DNA of 64,000 nucleotides from Rhizophagus irregularis (GCF_026210795.1 NC_089431.1:4898001-4962000); one strand, 5' to 3'. Shown: positions 28,643-42,822, numbered from the stretch's first letter. A program made the numbers and translations. The notes: generated by a model from the sequence alone, not told the origin.

Positions 28643-30891
28643 ATGTCTAATAATAACAATATTAACAAAATACAAAGTAAAGAAAATACAAATGAATATA
28701 TTAATTGGATTAAAGAAGCTCTTTCTAAAGAATATTTTAAATATTACGAATTTGAAAATTTTAAAAATATTCAAGAAATTGGTTCCGGAGAATTTGGAAA
28801 AGTTTACCGTGCAAATTGGAAAAATCTTGAACATTATTTAACGTTAAAATCTTTTTTTAATCCCAATAACATCACCATAAAAGAAATTGTTAATGAGGTA
28901 AATTTATTATTAAAAAATTTTGATATACACAATACACAAAATAAAATATTATTATCTTTTCTTAATAATAATTATTATTTATACATTCACAATTTAGCTT
29001 AAATTTCAACGAGATGTAAATTTTCATGTCAATATTATTCGCTATTACGGAATTACAAAACTTGAATCAGGTATTTAATAAAGTATTTAATAATTATAGT
29101 TAAATTATATTTATTTAAACTTTTTTTTTTTTGCAAAATCTAACAAAAATTTTATTTCCTTTTTTTTTTTTTTGTTAAAAATAAAATTGACCAAACAATA
29201 GATTACTGGTTGGTAATGGAATACGCAGATGGTGGTACTCTTCGAGATTATTTGAAAAATAACTTTAATAGACTTACCTGGAAACATAAATATAACTTGG
29301 CTTACCAATTAGCTTGTTCTGTATCATTTCTGCATGATAAAGGAATTGTTTACCGAGACTTGGTAATCTTTTTATTTAATATAAAACAATAATATGTTTA
29401 TTTTATAGTAAAAGCTAATTTGCCTTTATTTGTACTAGCATTCTTGTAATGTATTGGTTCATCAGAATTCCATCAAGTTGTCGGACTTTGGGCTATCAAA
29501 AAGGATTGATGAGGCATCTTATTCACAATCAAAATTACTTGGTATGGTGCCCTATATTGATCCAAAAATATTATTGTTCAATAGTTTAAAATTAAATGAG
29601 AAGAGCGATGTATATAGTATTGGCGTATTGTTATGGGAAATATCAAGCGGGATCCCACCATTTCATGAAGAGTCAAATATGTTGAATTTAACCTATGAAA
29701 TTTTGCGTGGTCGAAGAGAAGAGATTATTCCTAATACTCCTAATGATTATTCTAATCTCTATATTGGTAAATATAATTTCAATTTATTAAAATATAACGT
29801 TTTTTCTTATTCGTCAAAATAATTGTTTAATCAAATATTATTATTAATTATTAGAATGTTGGAATGATAAACCAAACAATCGACCATCTATGCATAAAGT
29901 TGTTGATAGGTTGGAAAAATTTATTTCAACTGAAAATTCATTACATGGAAAAGTATCTCAAATAATCGAAAATTTTAATAATACGAATATAAATGAAATA
30001 GATACGATTATTACAAATAATGATAATGATATTTCATCTGAGAATTCAAGCATAATAGTTAATGAAATAGTTAATCTCATTTTTAAGGAAGTTAATAAAA
30101 GAAATGTGACAAAATCTTATGTTCTTGATTATCTTAATAATCATAATATAAATTCAAAAGAAATTTATAATTGGTTATTAAATAATCAAAATGCTCCGAA
30201 TTTCATTTTTTTACTTGGATATTTTAATTATGTAGGAATTGAAACAATTAAGGATTATAAGAAAGCATTTAATTTATTTAAAAATTTATCAGAACAGGAT
30301 CATTTATTAGCACAATGTTATGTTGGAGGATGTTATCAATTTGGACATGGAATTACAAAACATGTAAAGTTAGCTTTTCAATATTATGAAAAATTGGCCA
30401 ATAAAGAATATGCAATAGGACAATTTAAATTAGGTTGGTTTTACGAAAATAAATTAAGTGTTAACAAAGATTTAAAATTGGCTGCATATTGGTATGAAAA
30501 AGCTGCAAATAATGGAAATTTGATAGCTATGTTTAATCTTGGTTATTTACATAAAGATGGAAATGGTGTTAATAAAAATGATCAAAAAGCTTTTGAATTA
30601 TTTAAAAAATCAGCCGAAGGAGAATATTCAGGTGGAATATCAATGTTAGGATATTGTTATGATATTGGTATTGGAATTAATATTGATAAACGAAAAGCAG
30701 CTGAATTATACCAAGAAGCTGCAAATTTAGGAAATGAGATAGCACAATATAATTTAGCGTTGATGTATGAAAAAGGAAACGGTATTGAAAAAGATTTGGA
30801 TAAAGCAAAGTATTGGTATAAAAAATCTGCTAATCAAGGAGATAAAGATGCAAAAAAGAAATTAAAAACACTCAAAACACTCAAAATCTAG
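28643..30891 (+). CDS. TKL-family protein kinase with several Sel1-like repeats, 5 exons (28643-28897, 28998-29070, 29202-29361, 29439-29766, 29855-30891)
   Basis: IGSGEFGKVY, LTLKS, YRDL|HSCNVL, DFGLSK and CWNDKPNNRP, then repeated Sel1 motifs (YWYEKAANNG, AQYNLALMYEKG). Intron positions match the 2482-4254 gene. Confidence 0.88.
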
Positions 30892-31944
30892 AAACAATAT
30901 ATATATATATTATTTAAAAAAATATGTTCGTTTTATTTACATAGAAAAGTAACATTCCAAATTTGTAGTATTGTATTGTTTTTTATAACAAAAATTATGA
31001 TTTAAATCTTGTATAAATAAATGATTAATTTTTTTGTTAAAATGTTAAAATATTTGTGACTTTAAAGAAATAAATGATAGAACGTTAGTAAAGGCAAATT
31101 AAATTATATGAAGTGAAAATAAAATGAAATATAAAGTACAACCGGTAGTACCAAAATTATAAAATTAAAACTTACTTATTTTGTATTGCTATTCGTCAAT
31201 GGTTAATTCTACAAGAGCATTTGACTAGTTAAATTTAATTTTTTTTTTGAGCCAAAAGCTGTTTCTTGAGGACTTGAAGTAATTATCATTATTAATTCGT
31301 GATACGTGAGTCACTGAGTCAACTGCAAAAAAATGTCCGATCATTATTATAGATCAACGGTGATAACAATTATTAATTTCACAATATCTGAGAATCTCGT
31401 ACTTCTTAAATAATACCACCTCAAACTATTAGTCAAATACGTGTTAAATAATGGTAAACGAAAAGAATATCAAGTTAGTTTAGTTTCTCTTGGCTTTATC
31501 GACGAAAACTTTTGTATTTAACTTTTTAGAAATTTCTCTTTTTCTTTATTACGCTCTGATAGATTCATTGATATTATTTTATTTTTTATTAAAAAAAAAA
31601 AAATTCATAACCAAATTGTAATGCAGAAAAATCTTGAATTAAAACGATTTTTTAAATATTTTGTTACAATTTAAGTTATTTAACTTATACATATAATTTA
31701 ATTACTAAACATTGTATGCGATCGTACTAAACTTAATTCAAGAAGTAATAATAGAATAAATACATTGTGCGTCGGACAAATTATCATATGGTATACGCGA
31801 GACAATTTTTTCATGACGTTTTTAAATGACATGGATCAGTCGTTAACATCTTAAGACTGGCCAGTGCTTTTCTTACAGCTGTACTCTGTCTTTTTCAATT
31901 GTAGTGTCACAAATTAATTACAGTAAATATTATTCTCCTTGAAC

Positions 31945-33110
31945 ATGCCCTAATTAAAAAATAAGGTTAGCTACAAAATAACTAAGTAAGACTCCGTTCA
32001 GGCTACAACCTTGGATGCAATTTGGAAGAAACTAGCCCGATCGTGAACCCTGCAGCGCGCACCATCCCTTTATACTTACCATATATTGTAACCTCTCTAA
32101 TAAATATGTTTTCTTCTTGATTATACCCTATATCAAAAAACTAAGATTAGTTACAAGAAGATTCCGTTCAGGCTGTAACCTTGGATGCAATTGGGAAGAA
32201 ACTAGCCCGACGTGAACCCTGCAGCGCGCACCATCCCTTCATACTTACCATATATAGTAACTCTTCTTGATTATACCCTATATCAAAAAACTAAGGTTAG
32301 TTACAAATATAACTAAGTAATATTCCGTTCAGGCTGTAACCTTGGATGCAATTGGGAAGAAACTAGCCCGATCGTGAACCCTGCAGCGCGCACCATCCCT
32401 TTATACTTACCATATATAATGACCTCTTTAATATGTTTGATTATGCCCTATATCAAAAAACTAAGGTTAGTTACAAATATAACTAAGTAAGATTCCGTTC
32501 AGGCTGTAACCTTGGATGCAATTGGGAAGAAACTAGCCCGATCGTGAACCCTGCAGCGCGCACCATCCCTTTATACTTACCATATATAATGACCTCTTTA
32601 ATATGTTTTCTTCTTGATTATGCCCTATATCAAAAAACTAAGGTTAGTTACAAATATAACTAAGTAAGACTCCGTTCAGGCTACAACCTTGGATGCAATT
32701 TGGAAGAAACTAGCCCGATCGTGAACCCTGCAGCGCGCACCATCCCTTTATACTTACCATATATTGTAACCTCTCTAATAAATATGTTTTCTTCTTGATT
32801 ATACCCTATATCAAAAAACTAAGATTAGTTACAAGAAGATTCCGTTCAGGCTGTAACCTTGGATGCAATTGGGAAGAAACTAGCCCGATCGTGAACCCTG
32901 CAGCGCGCACCATTCCTTCATACTTACCATATATAGTAACCTCTCTAATATGTTATCTTCTTGATTATACCCTATATCAAAAAACTAAGGTTAGTTACGA
33001 ATATAACTAAGTAATATTCCGTTCAGGCTGTAACCTTGGATGCAATTGGGAAGAAACTAGCCCGATCGTGAACCCTGCAGTGCGCACCATCCCTTCATAC
33101 TCACCATACA
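31945..33110 (-). repeat. Tandem array of 7 units (~161-177 bp); each unit is an intron-like segment plus a micro-exon on the minus strand
   Basis: CCGTTCAGGCT recurs near 31994, 32164, 32325, 32495, 32672, 32842 and 33019. Every unit has a GTRAGT donor, a CTAAY branch site and a TAG acceptor on the minus strand. Confidence 0.9.
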
Positions 33111-34921
33111 AAATGGCCTTGAATTTCATATCATTTAAAACCAAAAAAGAAATATCAAAGAAAAAGAAATAATATGGTGTTGTGAATATTAAAAGGAAAA
33201 AAAAACTTTCGAAAACTAAAAAGTCTAATGAGAAAAACAAGTTAGTTAAGATTATTAATTTTTTTAGGAATATAAAAATATAAATTAATATGAAAAATTA
33301 ATAGGAGTATAAATTAAAAATTAACATAAAACTATCAGATTTTGTCCTCTTTTTATATCCATTTTCTAATCATATGATATGTATCTAATGATGTGTAACT
33401 AAATGTAATTATGACTATAAGTGTAACTATAACAGTTTTTGATTCAAGATTATTCACATCAATGTGTCACCAAGTAATACTGCCTACATATGATTAATAA
33501 TGTATAATTGTGGTTTGTAATATGTAGTCAATATTCATAAATCTCATAATTACTCATGATTCAAAATTAATGGTACTAGATTCAGTTTTTGTCATTTGTC
33601 AGTCTGACCAATTATTATGATAAAATAACAATTATAAATATTAAAGTTGATTAATATTAATATTAAATATAGAATTTAATTGCATTAGTAATCATCCTTT
33701 TTCAATTGATCCTTTGAAATACTATTTTAGGATCCTTCAGGTTCCTCTATACTACTGATGCTCGTTATATATCACTTGGTGAAAATGAATCATATTTCTT
33801 ATTTTTAAGATCACGTGAGTAGAGTTCCTGAAAGCTCAAGGGATTTTGTTGTATCTTCTTCATGTTTATCAACTGCTTATCGCCCAAATAACACATGATG
33901 TTAATGTTAACATTGATAAAATATTAGTATCTTTAATTTTAAAATTATATTCTTCATCTGTTAATCTTGTTATAATTGATTCTGTTTCAAAATTTTCTTC
34001 AAAATCAGTATCTTCCCAATTAATTTCGTCACTTTTTGCTTTCTAATAGTAGCTATTTCATTCCAAATGAATGGCAAAATTTCAGTATCATAATTCGTAC
34101 TTTCTGTCATATGGCTGCCAATGTTGGTAGTAGTTGAAAAATCATTATCTAATGCTATGTTTTTCTCGTTATCATTATTTGGATTAAATTCAAAGTCACC
34201 TTCATCAATTAAAATATTTTTCCAAATATCAGTCAGAATACTGCTGGCACTAGTATTAGCATCAGTTTCTATTATAACGTTAAAAAAACCATTGATAATT
34301 TGATATAAATAGCAAAAACAATATTTTATTTCAAATTTAAATATAATAATAAAATAAAATATTGTTTTATTGCCTTGCAAATAAGATATCTTTAATAAAA
34401 ATAATAGCTATAATGATAGCAAAAGTAAATGTAACAATATTAAAAACGCTTTTTTTACAAATATACAAATAGTAAAGAAAAATCCATTAATTTATTAATA
34501 ATATTAATAGTAGTTAATCTGATTCTATGTCAAACTGAATATAGATTTTAGTTAAAAATTGAATACTAAAATAGTCTAATTAAAATTATTAAAATTGAAA
34601 ATGAATTAGATATATTATCACTATGGTATTGATAGACTGAACTCTGAAGTCTGAACGATTGGTCTGATCACATGATTACTTATCAATATGGATTTGGCCA
34701 GAATTGTATAAGACCAGCCAACATTATTATTCGCAAATTCCGGCCAAATTTAATGTCAGCCGATGATTACACTATCTCTGCAACATAGAGAAAATCATTC
34801 CAAAATAAGTGATTGTTAATATTACACAACATATACATACAAATAAATATTCAAATTTGCAATTTTCGTCTTGTTTTTATTAATAATTTTTTCTTTTTCT
34901 TTAAAAATAAAAAAAAAAGAA

Positions 34922-36423
34922 ATGTCTTCAAAATTTTTGGCAGAGTTATCCAACGACTATGAGAAACTTTTTGAAACTGAAATAGGATATGATGTTATTA
35001 TTTATGCAGGAGAAGAACAAAATGTTAAAGAAATTCATGCTCATTCAAATATTTTATGTGCTAGGTCTCAATATTTTCGTACTGCATTTTCTAATGAATG
35101 GGCTAAAAAAGAAAATGGAAAATTTATTTTGAGAAAACAAAATATCAGTCCACATTTATTTGATATTATTCTTAGGTAATACATGAATGACCTTTATGAT
35201 GTTTTTTTTTTTTTTTTTTTTTTTTGAAAAAAAAATTCTAGATAAATTATTAATTATCAATTTGCTAAATTACATTTAGATTCCTCTATTGTGGAAATAT
35301 TGAATTAAAGAATTTACAAGGGCCGGTTGTATTGAACTTGTTGATAGCGGTGGATGAACTTAATATTCATTCATTGATTACTTATATTCAAGAATATTTG
35401 ATAGAACATCAAACTGAATTATTACATCAAAATCCAACCGGTATTCTTGAAATTGTTTATCAACATGAAACATTTACGGATTTATGGAATTTTTGTCTTG
35501 AAAATATTTGTGAAGAACCCAAAGTATTATTTAATTCTGATAATTTTATTAATTTAAAAGCTCCTTTATTAGAATTATTGTTGAAACGGGACGATTTATA
35601 TATGGATGAAATTGAAATTTGGGATAATTTGTTGAAATGGTGTTTCACACAACAGAATATAATGAATGATCCAACAAAATGGAGCAAAGATGATATTATA
35701 AAAATTGAAAGGTCATTACACAGATTTATTCCATTAATTCGATTTTATGATATTAAACCAACAGAATTTTTTTACAAAGTTTATTGTTATAAAGACATCT
35801 TACCACAAGACTTAATTCATGATCTTTTGGAGTTTCATATTGTTCCTGATAAGAAACATAAAACTAATTTACCACCTTCACGAAAGCAATATTTAAAACT
35901 TGATTCAAACTTAGTTGAACCAAATCTTATTCCCCTTTTTGCTTCATGGATCAATAGAAAGGAATCTTCATATTATGACAAAAAAGATATTCCTTATAAA
36001 TTTAAATTATTACATCGTTCAAATAGAGATGGAATTGATACTAAATCATTTCATAGAAATTGTGATGATAAAGGAGCTACTATTTGGATAGCAAAAATTA
36101 AAAATTCAACAAAATTAGTTGGAGGTTATAATCCGCTTGATTGGAATGGAGATGGTTGGAAAAATACTAGTGATAGTTTTTTATTCAGTTTTGCAGATTG
36201 GAAAAATATTTCTAATGCTACAACAAAGTTATCTTACATCAATAGTGGAAAAACTTGGGCTGTTTATTGTAATAATAATTTTGGGCCACAAATGGGTGAT
36301 TTATATTACTCTAATTCCAATAATTGGACTTATCTTGGTCAATCAGAATACTATCCTAATTTAGATATTCCAAAAATTATTACAATATTGGATTATGAAG
36401 TATTTCAAGTAATTAAAAAATAA
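34922..36423 (+). CDS. BTB/POZ-BACK-TLDc domain protein (second subfamily), 2 exons (34922-35175, 35280-36423)
   Basis: YDVIIYAGE..IHAHSNILCARSQYFRTAFSNEWA, EIEIWDNLLKW, and TLDc motifs FHRNCDDKGAT, GGYNPLDW and YEVFQV. Confidence 0.92.
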
Positions 36424-37894
36424 CGAAAATGAAGAAAGAAATTTTTAATACAGTAATAATGAGTAACAGTTGTTGTGTAACTTGATGTCATAAAATGAAC
36501 TTGTATTTTATTATTTTATTTTTTATCATAAATAAACCATTTTTATTGAGATAGTACTTATAATTGGCTATAATTAACAAGATAATCAAAACATCGATGG
36601 TTTAGTCCAATTACTTAAATAGAATAATTAAAATTTTTGGATTAGATTTTTTTAAGAATTTTGAATTTTTCAAATGAGTTAACAGTTATAAAGCTTATCA
36701 ATCTCTTGCACTCCACAATTAATATGAACTAATTCATATAATATTTTTTTTTGATTTTACGGTTAGTCTCAATCATTAATGTATTGTATTTAGCAGGTTT
36801 TTTAAATTAATAATTTTACATACTAACAAAAGACGTAAAATTCTTTAATAACATATACATTTTCTTGGAAGTAACAAATTACCATAAGATACAAATCCAA
36901 TTTTTTATGATAATTGAAATACAACAGTTAATTGGCCTTATTTTATTATAACGAATGAATTTTTAAAAAATATTATTTGTTGAAAAATTGGAAATATTGA
37001 AGTAGATCGATTGTATTCTTTGACATGTTAATTTAAATTTGTTGTACAAGCCTTGCCTTATTTATTATTTTAAACTCAAATAAAACTTTGATTAATTTTT
37101 GTTTCAAACCATGAAAATGTAAAATTGAAATCTTGGTTTTTTATTATAAAATTATTTTTTTCGTAAAACGTAATGAATACTAGTAATTAATAATCAATTA
37201 AATGATTGTAATGAATCTGCTTTGTGTTATAGGTTATAAATTGTAAATTTAACTAATTCTAACTTCTAATCACTTGCAATTTCACCAAATGGAACATTTG
37301 AAATATTTTAATGTGATATGATAAAATTAATTGATGCAAGTAATCCAGTAATCTATGACAAAAACTTTTGGACTGTTTCAGCAGATAAATTTTTTGCGAG
37401 TTATTTTGTATTTCATTCTGTCTAATGTCAAAAATCAAGATATTGTAAGTATCTATTATGATGAATAAGGATTAAAAAAATTTGTTAGAGTAGCATATCA
37501 CCATAATTTCTGGAAAAAAAATCACATTAGTTGTTGTAGAGAAATGCTTATTTCTCATCTATCTTAAATATCAACCATTTTTGTAAGAACATCATAATTA
37601 ATAATAAGGTTTATTTGTTTTAAAATAGAATGGTCTCCGTATAAATAATTTGAATTGCATAATGCCGTAATATAAAAATCTGCTCCTGATCTATTTATGG
37701 TCAAAAGCTGTTGGGCCAATTGGTCATATGCTGATCAGAATTTTAATTTTCATCATGTTAATTTATTCTGTTGTAACGCAACAGGTTAAACCTGTATTTT
37801 ATGGCAAGCCGAGTTGGACAAAATTATCAGACATTGCGCGATAAAATATCAAGCATGGCTAGACAAAATGTCACTCCGTGTCTGACATTTTACC

Positions 37895-38215
37895 TGTTTA
37901 TGCTTGATTTTCATCTGTCCCGTGCTTGATATTTATCTGTATGTGCTTGATATTTTTATCTGTTCATGCTTGATGTTTATCTATCACGTGCTTGATATTT
38001 TTATCTGTACGTGCTTGATATTTATCTGTACGTGCTTGATATTTATCTGTACGTGCTTGATGGTTTTATCTGTACGTGCTTGATGGTTTTATCCGTCCAT
38101 GCTTGACATTTTTATCCGTCCATGCTTTATGTTTTTATCCATCTGTGCTTGATATTTTTGTCCGTCTGTGCTTGATGTTTTTGTCCAACTGTGTTTGATT
38201 TAATCCAACTATGCT
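37895..38215 (+). repeat. ~21-23-bp subterminal minisatellite (GTGCTTGATATTTATCTGTAC) in the left TIR; mirrored at ~49150-49550
   Basis: Directly visible repeats; the right arm carries more copies than the left. Confidence 0.9.
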
Positions 38216-39404
38216 CGATAATTTTATCTTTGTCAAAAATTAGTTTCTTTGTCAGCACAGGGTTGATATATTGTTGGTCACATGTTTTAAGTTTAGCGTA
38301 GTTTTAAAAAATTTTTTTTTTTATTGGCTTTTTTTTATAAACAAATTTCGTAGAGAATTTTATTTTTAATATAGGCAAAGGCTTAGTTTGATAGAATTTC
38401 TTTGGGAATTTTTTTAATAAGATTTTTTTGATAAAAAATTTCGTTAGAAAATTTTTTTCATTGATAGGAACATTTCTGAGTTTTTTTTTTTGATGATAAT
38501 TTCGTTAAAAATTTTTATTTGATAGAAATTTTATTGGAGAATTTTTTTTTGATAAGATTTTTTTTTTGACATATACTTAACAATTTTTTGTGACAGGAGA
38601 AATTTTTTTTTTTGATAGAGAATTAATTGAGAATTTCTTTTTTTTTTTGCAGAAAATTATTTGAAGAATTTTTTTAATAGGGAATATTTTTTTTTTGATA
38701 GATAATTTCGTTACTAGAAAATTTTTTTAACAAGTGAGATTTTTTTTTGATAGAGAATTTCGTTAAGAATTTTTTTTTAATAGGGAGTTTTCCTTGATAA
38801 AGAATTCTTTTGGGAATTTTTTTTAATAGTATTTTTGACGGAGAATTTTATTAGAGAATTTTTTTTTTTTTTGATAAAAATTTCATCATAGAATTTTTTT
38901 TTTAATAGGTAAGATTTTTTTTTTTTTGATAGGATCATTTCGTTAATAATTTTTTTAACAGGAGATTTTTTTTTTTGATAGAAAATTTCGGTAAAGAATT
39001 TTTTTTTTAATAGGAAGGAAGTTTTTTTTTTATAGAAATTCTTTTGAGAACTTTTTTTAATAGGTAAGAATCTTTGAATTTTTTTTTAATAGGGAAAATG
39101 TATTTTTTGATGGAAGATTTTCGTTAGAAATTTTTCTTAATCAGGGATATTTTTTTTGATTGAGAATTTCATTAGAGAATTGTTGGTTGAAAAGCCTTTT
39201 TATTTTTTTGATGGAGAATTTTGTTAGAAGTCTCAATAGAAAATTTTATTGAAAATAGTTTTTTTTTAATAAGGGTATCGAGAATTTTGGCTTGAAATTT
39301 TTTTTTTTAATAAAGAATTTCATTAGAGATCTTTTTTTTTATAAAAAATTGATTGAAAATTTATTGGAAAATTTTTTATTAAATTTTACAATTTTAATAA
39401 ATTT

Positions 39405-39980
39405 TTACTCCTCTTCATCTTCCCATCACTTCTTTTAATCTTCCATCGCTCCTTTTCGTCTCCCATCATTTCTTTTCATCTCCCATCACTCCTCTTCGTC
39501 TCCTATCACTCCTTTTCGTCTCCCATCACTCTTTTTCGTCTCCCATCGCTCCCTTTCGTCTCCTATCACTTCTCTTAATCTTCTCATCACTTCTTTTCGT
39601 CTCCCATCACTCCTCTTAATCTTCCCATCACTTCTTTTCATCACTCATCACTCCTCTTAATCTTCTCATCACTTCTTTTCATCTCCCATCACTCCTTTCT
39701 ATCTCCCATCACTCCTCTTCATCACCCATCACACCTCTTTGTCTCCCATTACTTCTTTTCGTCTCCCATCACTCCTCTTCGTCTTTTATCACTTCTTTTT
39801 GTCTTTCATCACTCCTCTTAATCTTCCCATCACTTCTTTTTTTTTATCTCCCATCACTCCTCTTTGTCACCCATCACTTCTTTTCGTCTTCCATCACTCC
39901 TTTTCATCTCTCATCATGTCCTATTTCTCCTTTTGGTTCCTATCACTTCTCATTACTCTTTTTTACTCCCTTTCATCTTC
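39405..39980 (+). repeat. Degenerate ~20-bp pyrimidine-rich minisatellite (CTCCCATCACTCCTTTTCGT-like)
   Basis: Repeated CATCACT core; related to the sequence at 60561-61350. Confidence 0.85.
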
Positions 39981-42822
39981 TATTACTTTACTAAAAATGG
40001 CCAATTTTTTGAAATGATTTTATAATAATTTTAAAATACTACAAAAATACATTTAATACATCAAAATGTTTTTATTATATTTTTGCTATTATTTTGTAAT
40101 TATATTGTATCTAGGTCTATAAAAATAACTCAAAATAATATCACAATAATTTTTTAATGTTTTTGTTATTATTTTATTATTATAATATAATTAACTTTGA
40201 TATTACTTTACAGAAACTAATAAATTTGAAATGACTAAGCCGCGAATGTGCCACAATTTCGCCACCTATCTGTGGCGGTAAAATCACAACGATTACGTTA
40301 CTTTTTACTTAACGTAGCCGCAGCAGTTCGTATCAAATGGTTAGGTAGAGTACTGGTAGAGTATACATTAAGTAGTCATAGCGAATTAAAGTTATAATTA
40401 GGTAGAGACTACGCAGAAACTACATTACAATTAAGCAATAATTTATATACATAATTGTCACAATATGACAATAAAATCAAATATTATATTAAACGCATTA
40501 CTATACATCTATATTAAAGTTCTTATACAAAAAGTAAAATTTTAGTCCAACGGCATTTTTCATTTGCCCTTTGCTCATTCGTTAAAGTAAATAATTTAAA
40601 TAAAAAAATAACTTTCATCTAAACATCTAAAGAACTGAAGATCCATCTAAAAGAATAAAAAATGAAATTGTTAGCGTAATTAAAAAGTTTAAGCAGATAA
40701 ATGGTTCGTTAAAGAATAATTAAAAACTGTTAATATCCTACCATATTCCCACACATCCAAATAGTCAAAAAGCCAAGCTGTCTACAAAAAAATAAATGCA
40801 ACATTAGTAATCATTTCATTAAAAGGACTAAAAAACAACCTCCTCTTTCTTACCGAGTTTCCACACGTCCAAATACTCCAAGAAGAACTGACTGTTTACA
40901 AAAAAGAATAAACGAAACATTAGTGAATGTTTCGTTAAAATAGATTAAAAAATTCCAGCTCTCTACCAAAATTCATGCATCCAGAAAAATTGGCTGTCTA
41001 AAAAAAAGAATAAAAAATGAAATGTAACTTTCGTTAAATGTTAAAATAAAAAATTCAAGAAAGATTGCTGAAATACCACTAAAATTCCATGATTGTACGC
41101 ATCCTAGTATCTGAAAAACTAGTCGCCTATAAAATAAAAAAATATAACGAAACATTAGTAAGTTTCGTCAAAATAAAAGATAAAAAAGAAACCCACCAAG
41201 GAATATGCTCCAGAAAATTCAACAAAAAATCCAGGCTTCGAACGTCTAAAAAGAATGAATAAAATGTTAAAAAATTTTTCATTGAAAGAAATATATTAAT
41301 TAAATCCTTTCCTTACCGAACTCCCACATGTCCAAAAAAACTTAAAAAAAAAGAAAATTAGTATATAAATGAAAAAAATCAAAAATCGATGAAGATAAAA
41401 ATACCTACCTAAGAGAGCACCATTCACATAATCAAAGTGCCAAAGACCCGCTAAAGAGAATAAAAATGAAATAATCGTCAGATTACTTTTGGAACCAGTT
41501 TCCTGCAAAATAAAGAAAATGTTAGGTAATGTTATTTTATAAAAAAAAAACTTAATATATTTAAGTAGTTTTCAAAACATTCCGAATACTTGCTTGGAAT
41601 TTAATTTTTTTAAATCTTTGAATTGAAGGGAGCTATGCTTCAAAATCGGACCTGGATTCCTACAGAATAAAAAAAATTAATGAATAATTTTTTTTATAAA
41701 AAATAATAAAAAAAAAACATAACAAAATGTTAGTAACCATTTCGTTAAAGAATTAAAAAAGTAACCTTCTCACCCTTAACGAGTTTTCCATGTGTCCGAA
41801 TACTCCAAAGAATTGGCTGTCTAAAGAATACTGTAAACAAAACATTAGTGATCGTTTTGCTCATTTCGTTAAACAAATAATGAAGAAAAAAAAATAGCTT
41901 ACCTTTCTCCAATAATGTGTCAGAACCCGAAGAGCAAACCATCTAAAAAAAGGAAGAAAAAGAAACATTAGTAGCTGTTTTGTTGTCTCGTTAAAAGTAA
42001 ATAACTAAAAAAAAACCCTCACCATTAATTAATACAAAAAATAAAATAATTTTTCTTGCCATGCGATTTATCTCATGCATAATTGCTTGTTCATTAGCAT
42101 CAGTTTCACTAACAAAATTTTGCAGATGATCTCGTACTTGTTCATCGAAATCAGATAAATTTATTAATCAAAATTACGCATATCGATATTCAATATTAAA
42201 AGTATGATTATTAATCGAAATAATTTCAAATATCTGAAAATAAAAACCATCTACAAAAGAAAAAAGAATAAACCGTTAAAACTGTTTGTTAGAATTAAAA
42301 AAAAAGAAAAAAAATTACCAAAAATTTTTCGTCCTTCTTTGTGTTCCAAAGATCCAAAAGTATCAACTGTTAAAATGAACGCGTATTCCTAAAGACTAGA
42401 AATAAAAAGAAGGAAATAAAATTTTCGTTAAAAACCAATTTTTTTTAATAAACTTTTATTCTTTTTAATTTTAAAAGTCACCAAGTCGTCACATCCGTTG
42501 GCCGCCTAAAATGAAACTCTCTTACCAAACCCTATAAGCATCCAAAGGCCAAAATGAAGGTAAAAGCCTATAGGTAACCAAAGCCTATATAAGAAAAGAA
42601 ATTAGAAAAAAAAAGTGAGAGAAAAGGGGAAGGAATTTAAGAGTGTGAAAGGGAAGTGAAAGGGAAGTGAAAGGCCGAAAGGGTGAGTGAAAGTGAAAGA
42701 AAAAGAACGTATAAAAGTGTAAGGAAAGAACATGTAAAAGTAAAGGAGAAAGGAATAAGGACAGAATGAAGGAAAAGAAAAAGAAAGAACAAGGGAAAGG
42801 GAAATAAGAAAGGGAAAGAGTA

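Noticed and set aside
31945..33110. CRISPR array or U1 snRNA cluster (ATACTTACC on the + strand)
   Set aside because: The segments between repeats are homologous to each other rather than unique spacers, and no cas genes are present. ATACTTACC is the reverse complement of a splice donor and is not followed by U1-like sequence.
33600..34380. 136-aa minus-strand ORF and adjacent acidic fragments
   Set aside because: Frameshifted, with no recognisable motif; a possible remnant only.
36600..37760. Possible decayed gene next to the giant element
   Set aside because: No continuous frame or diagnostic motif found by eye.
39739..40017. 92-aa hydrophobic ORF
   Set aside because: It derives from the pyrimidine-rich repeat and runs across a transposon junction.
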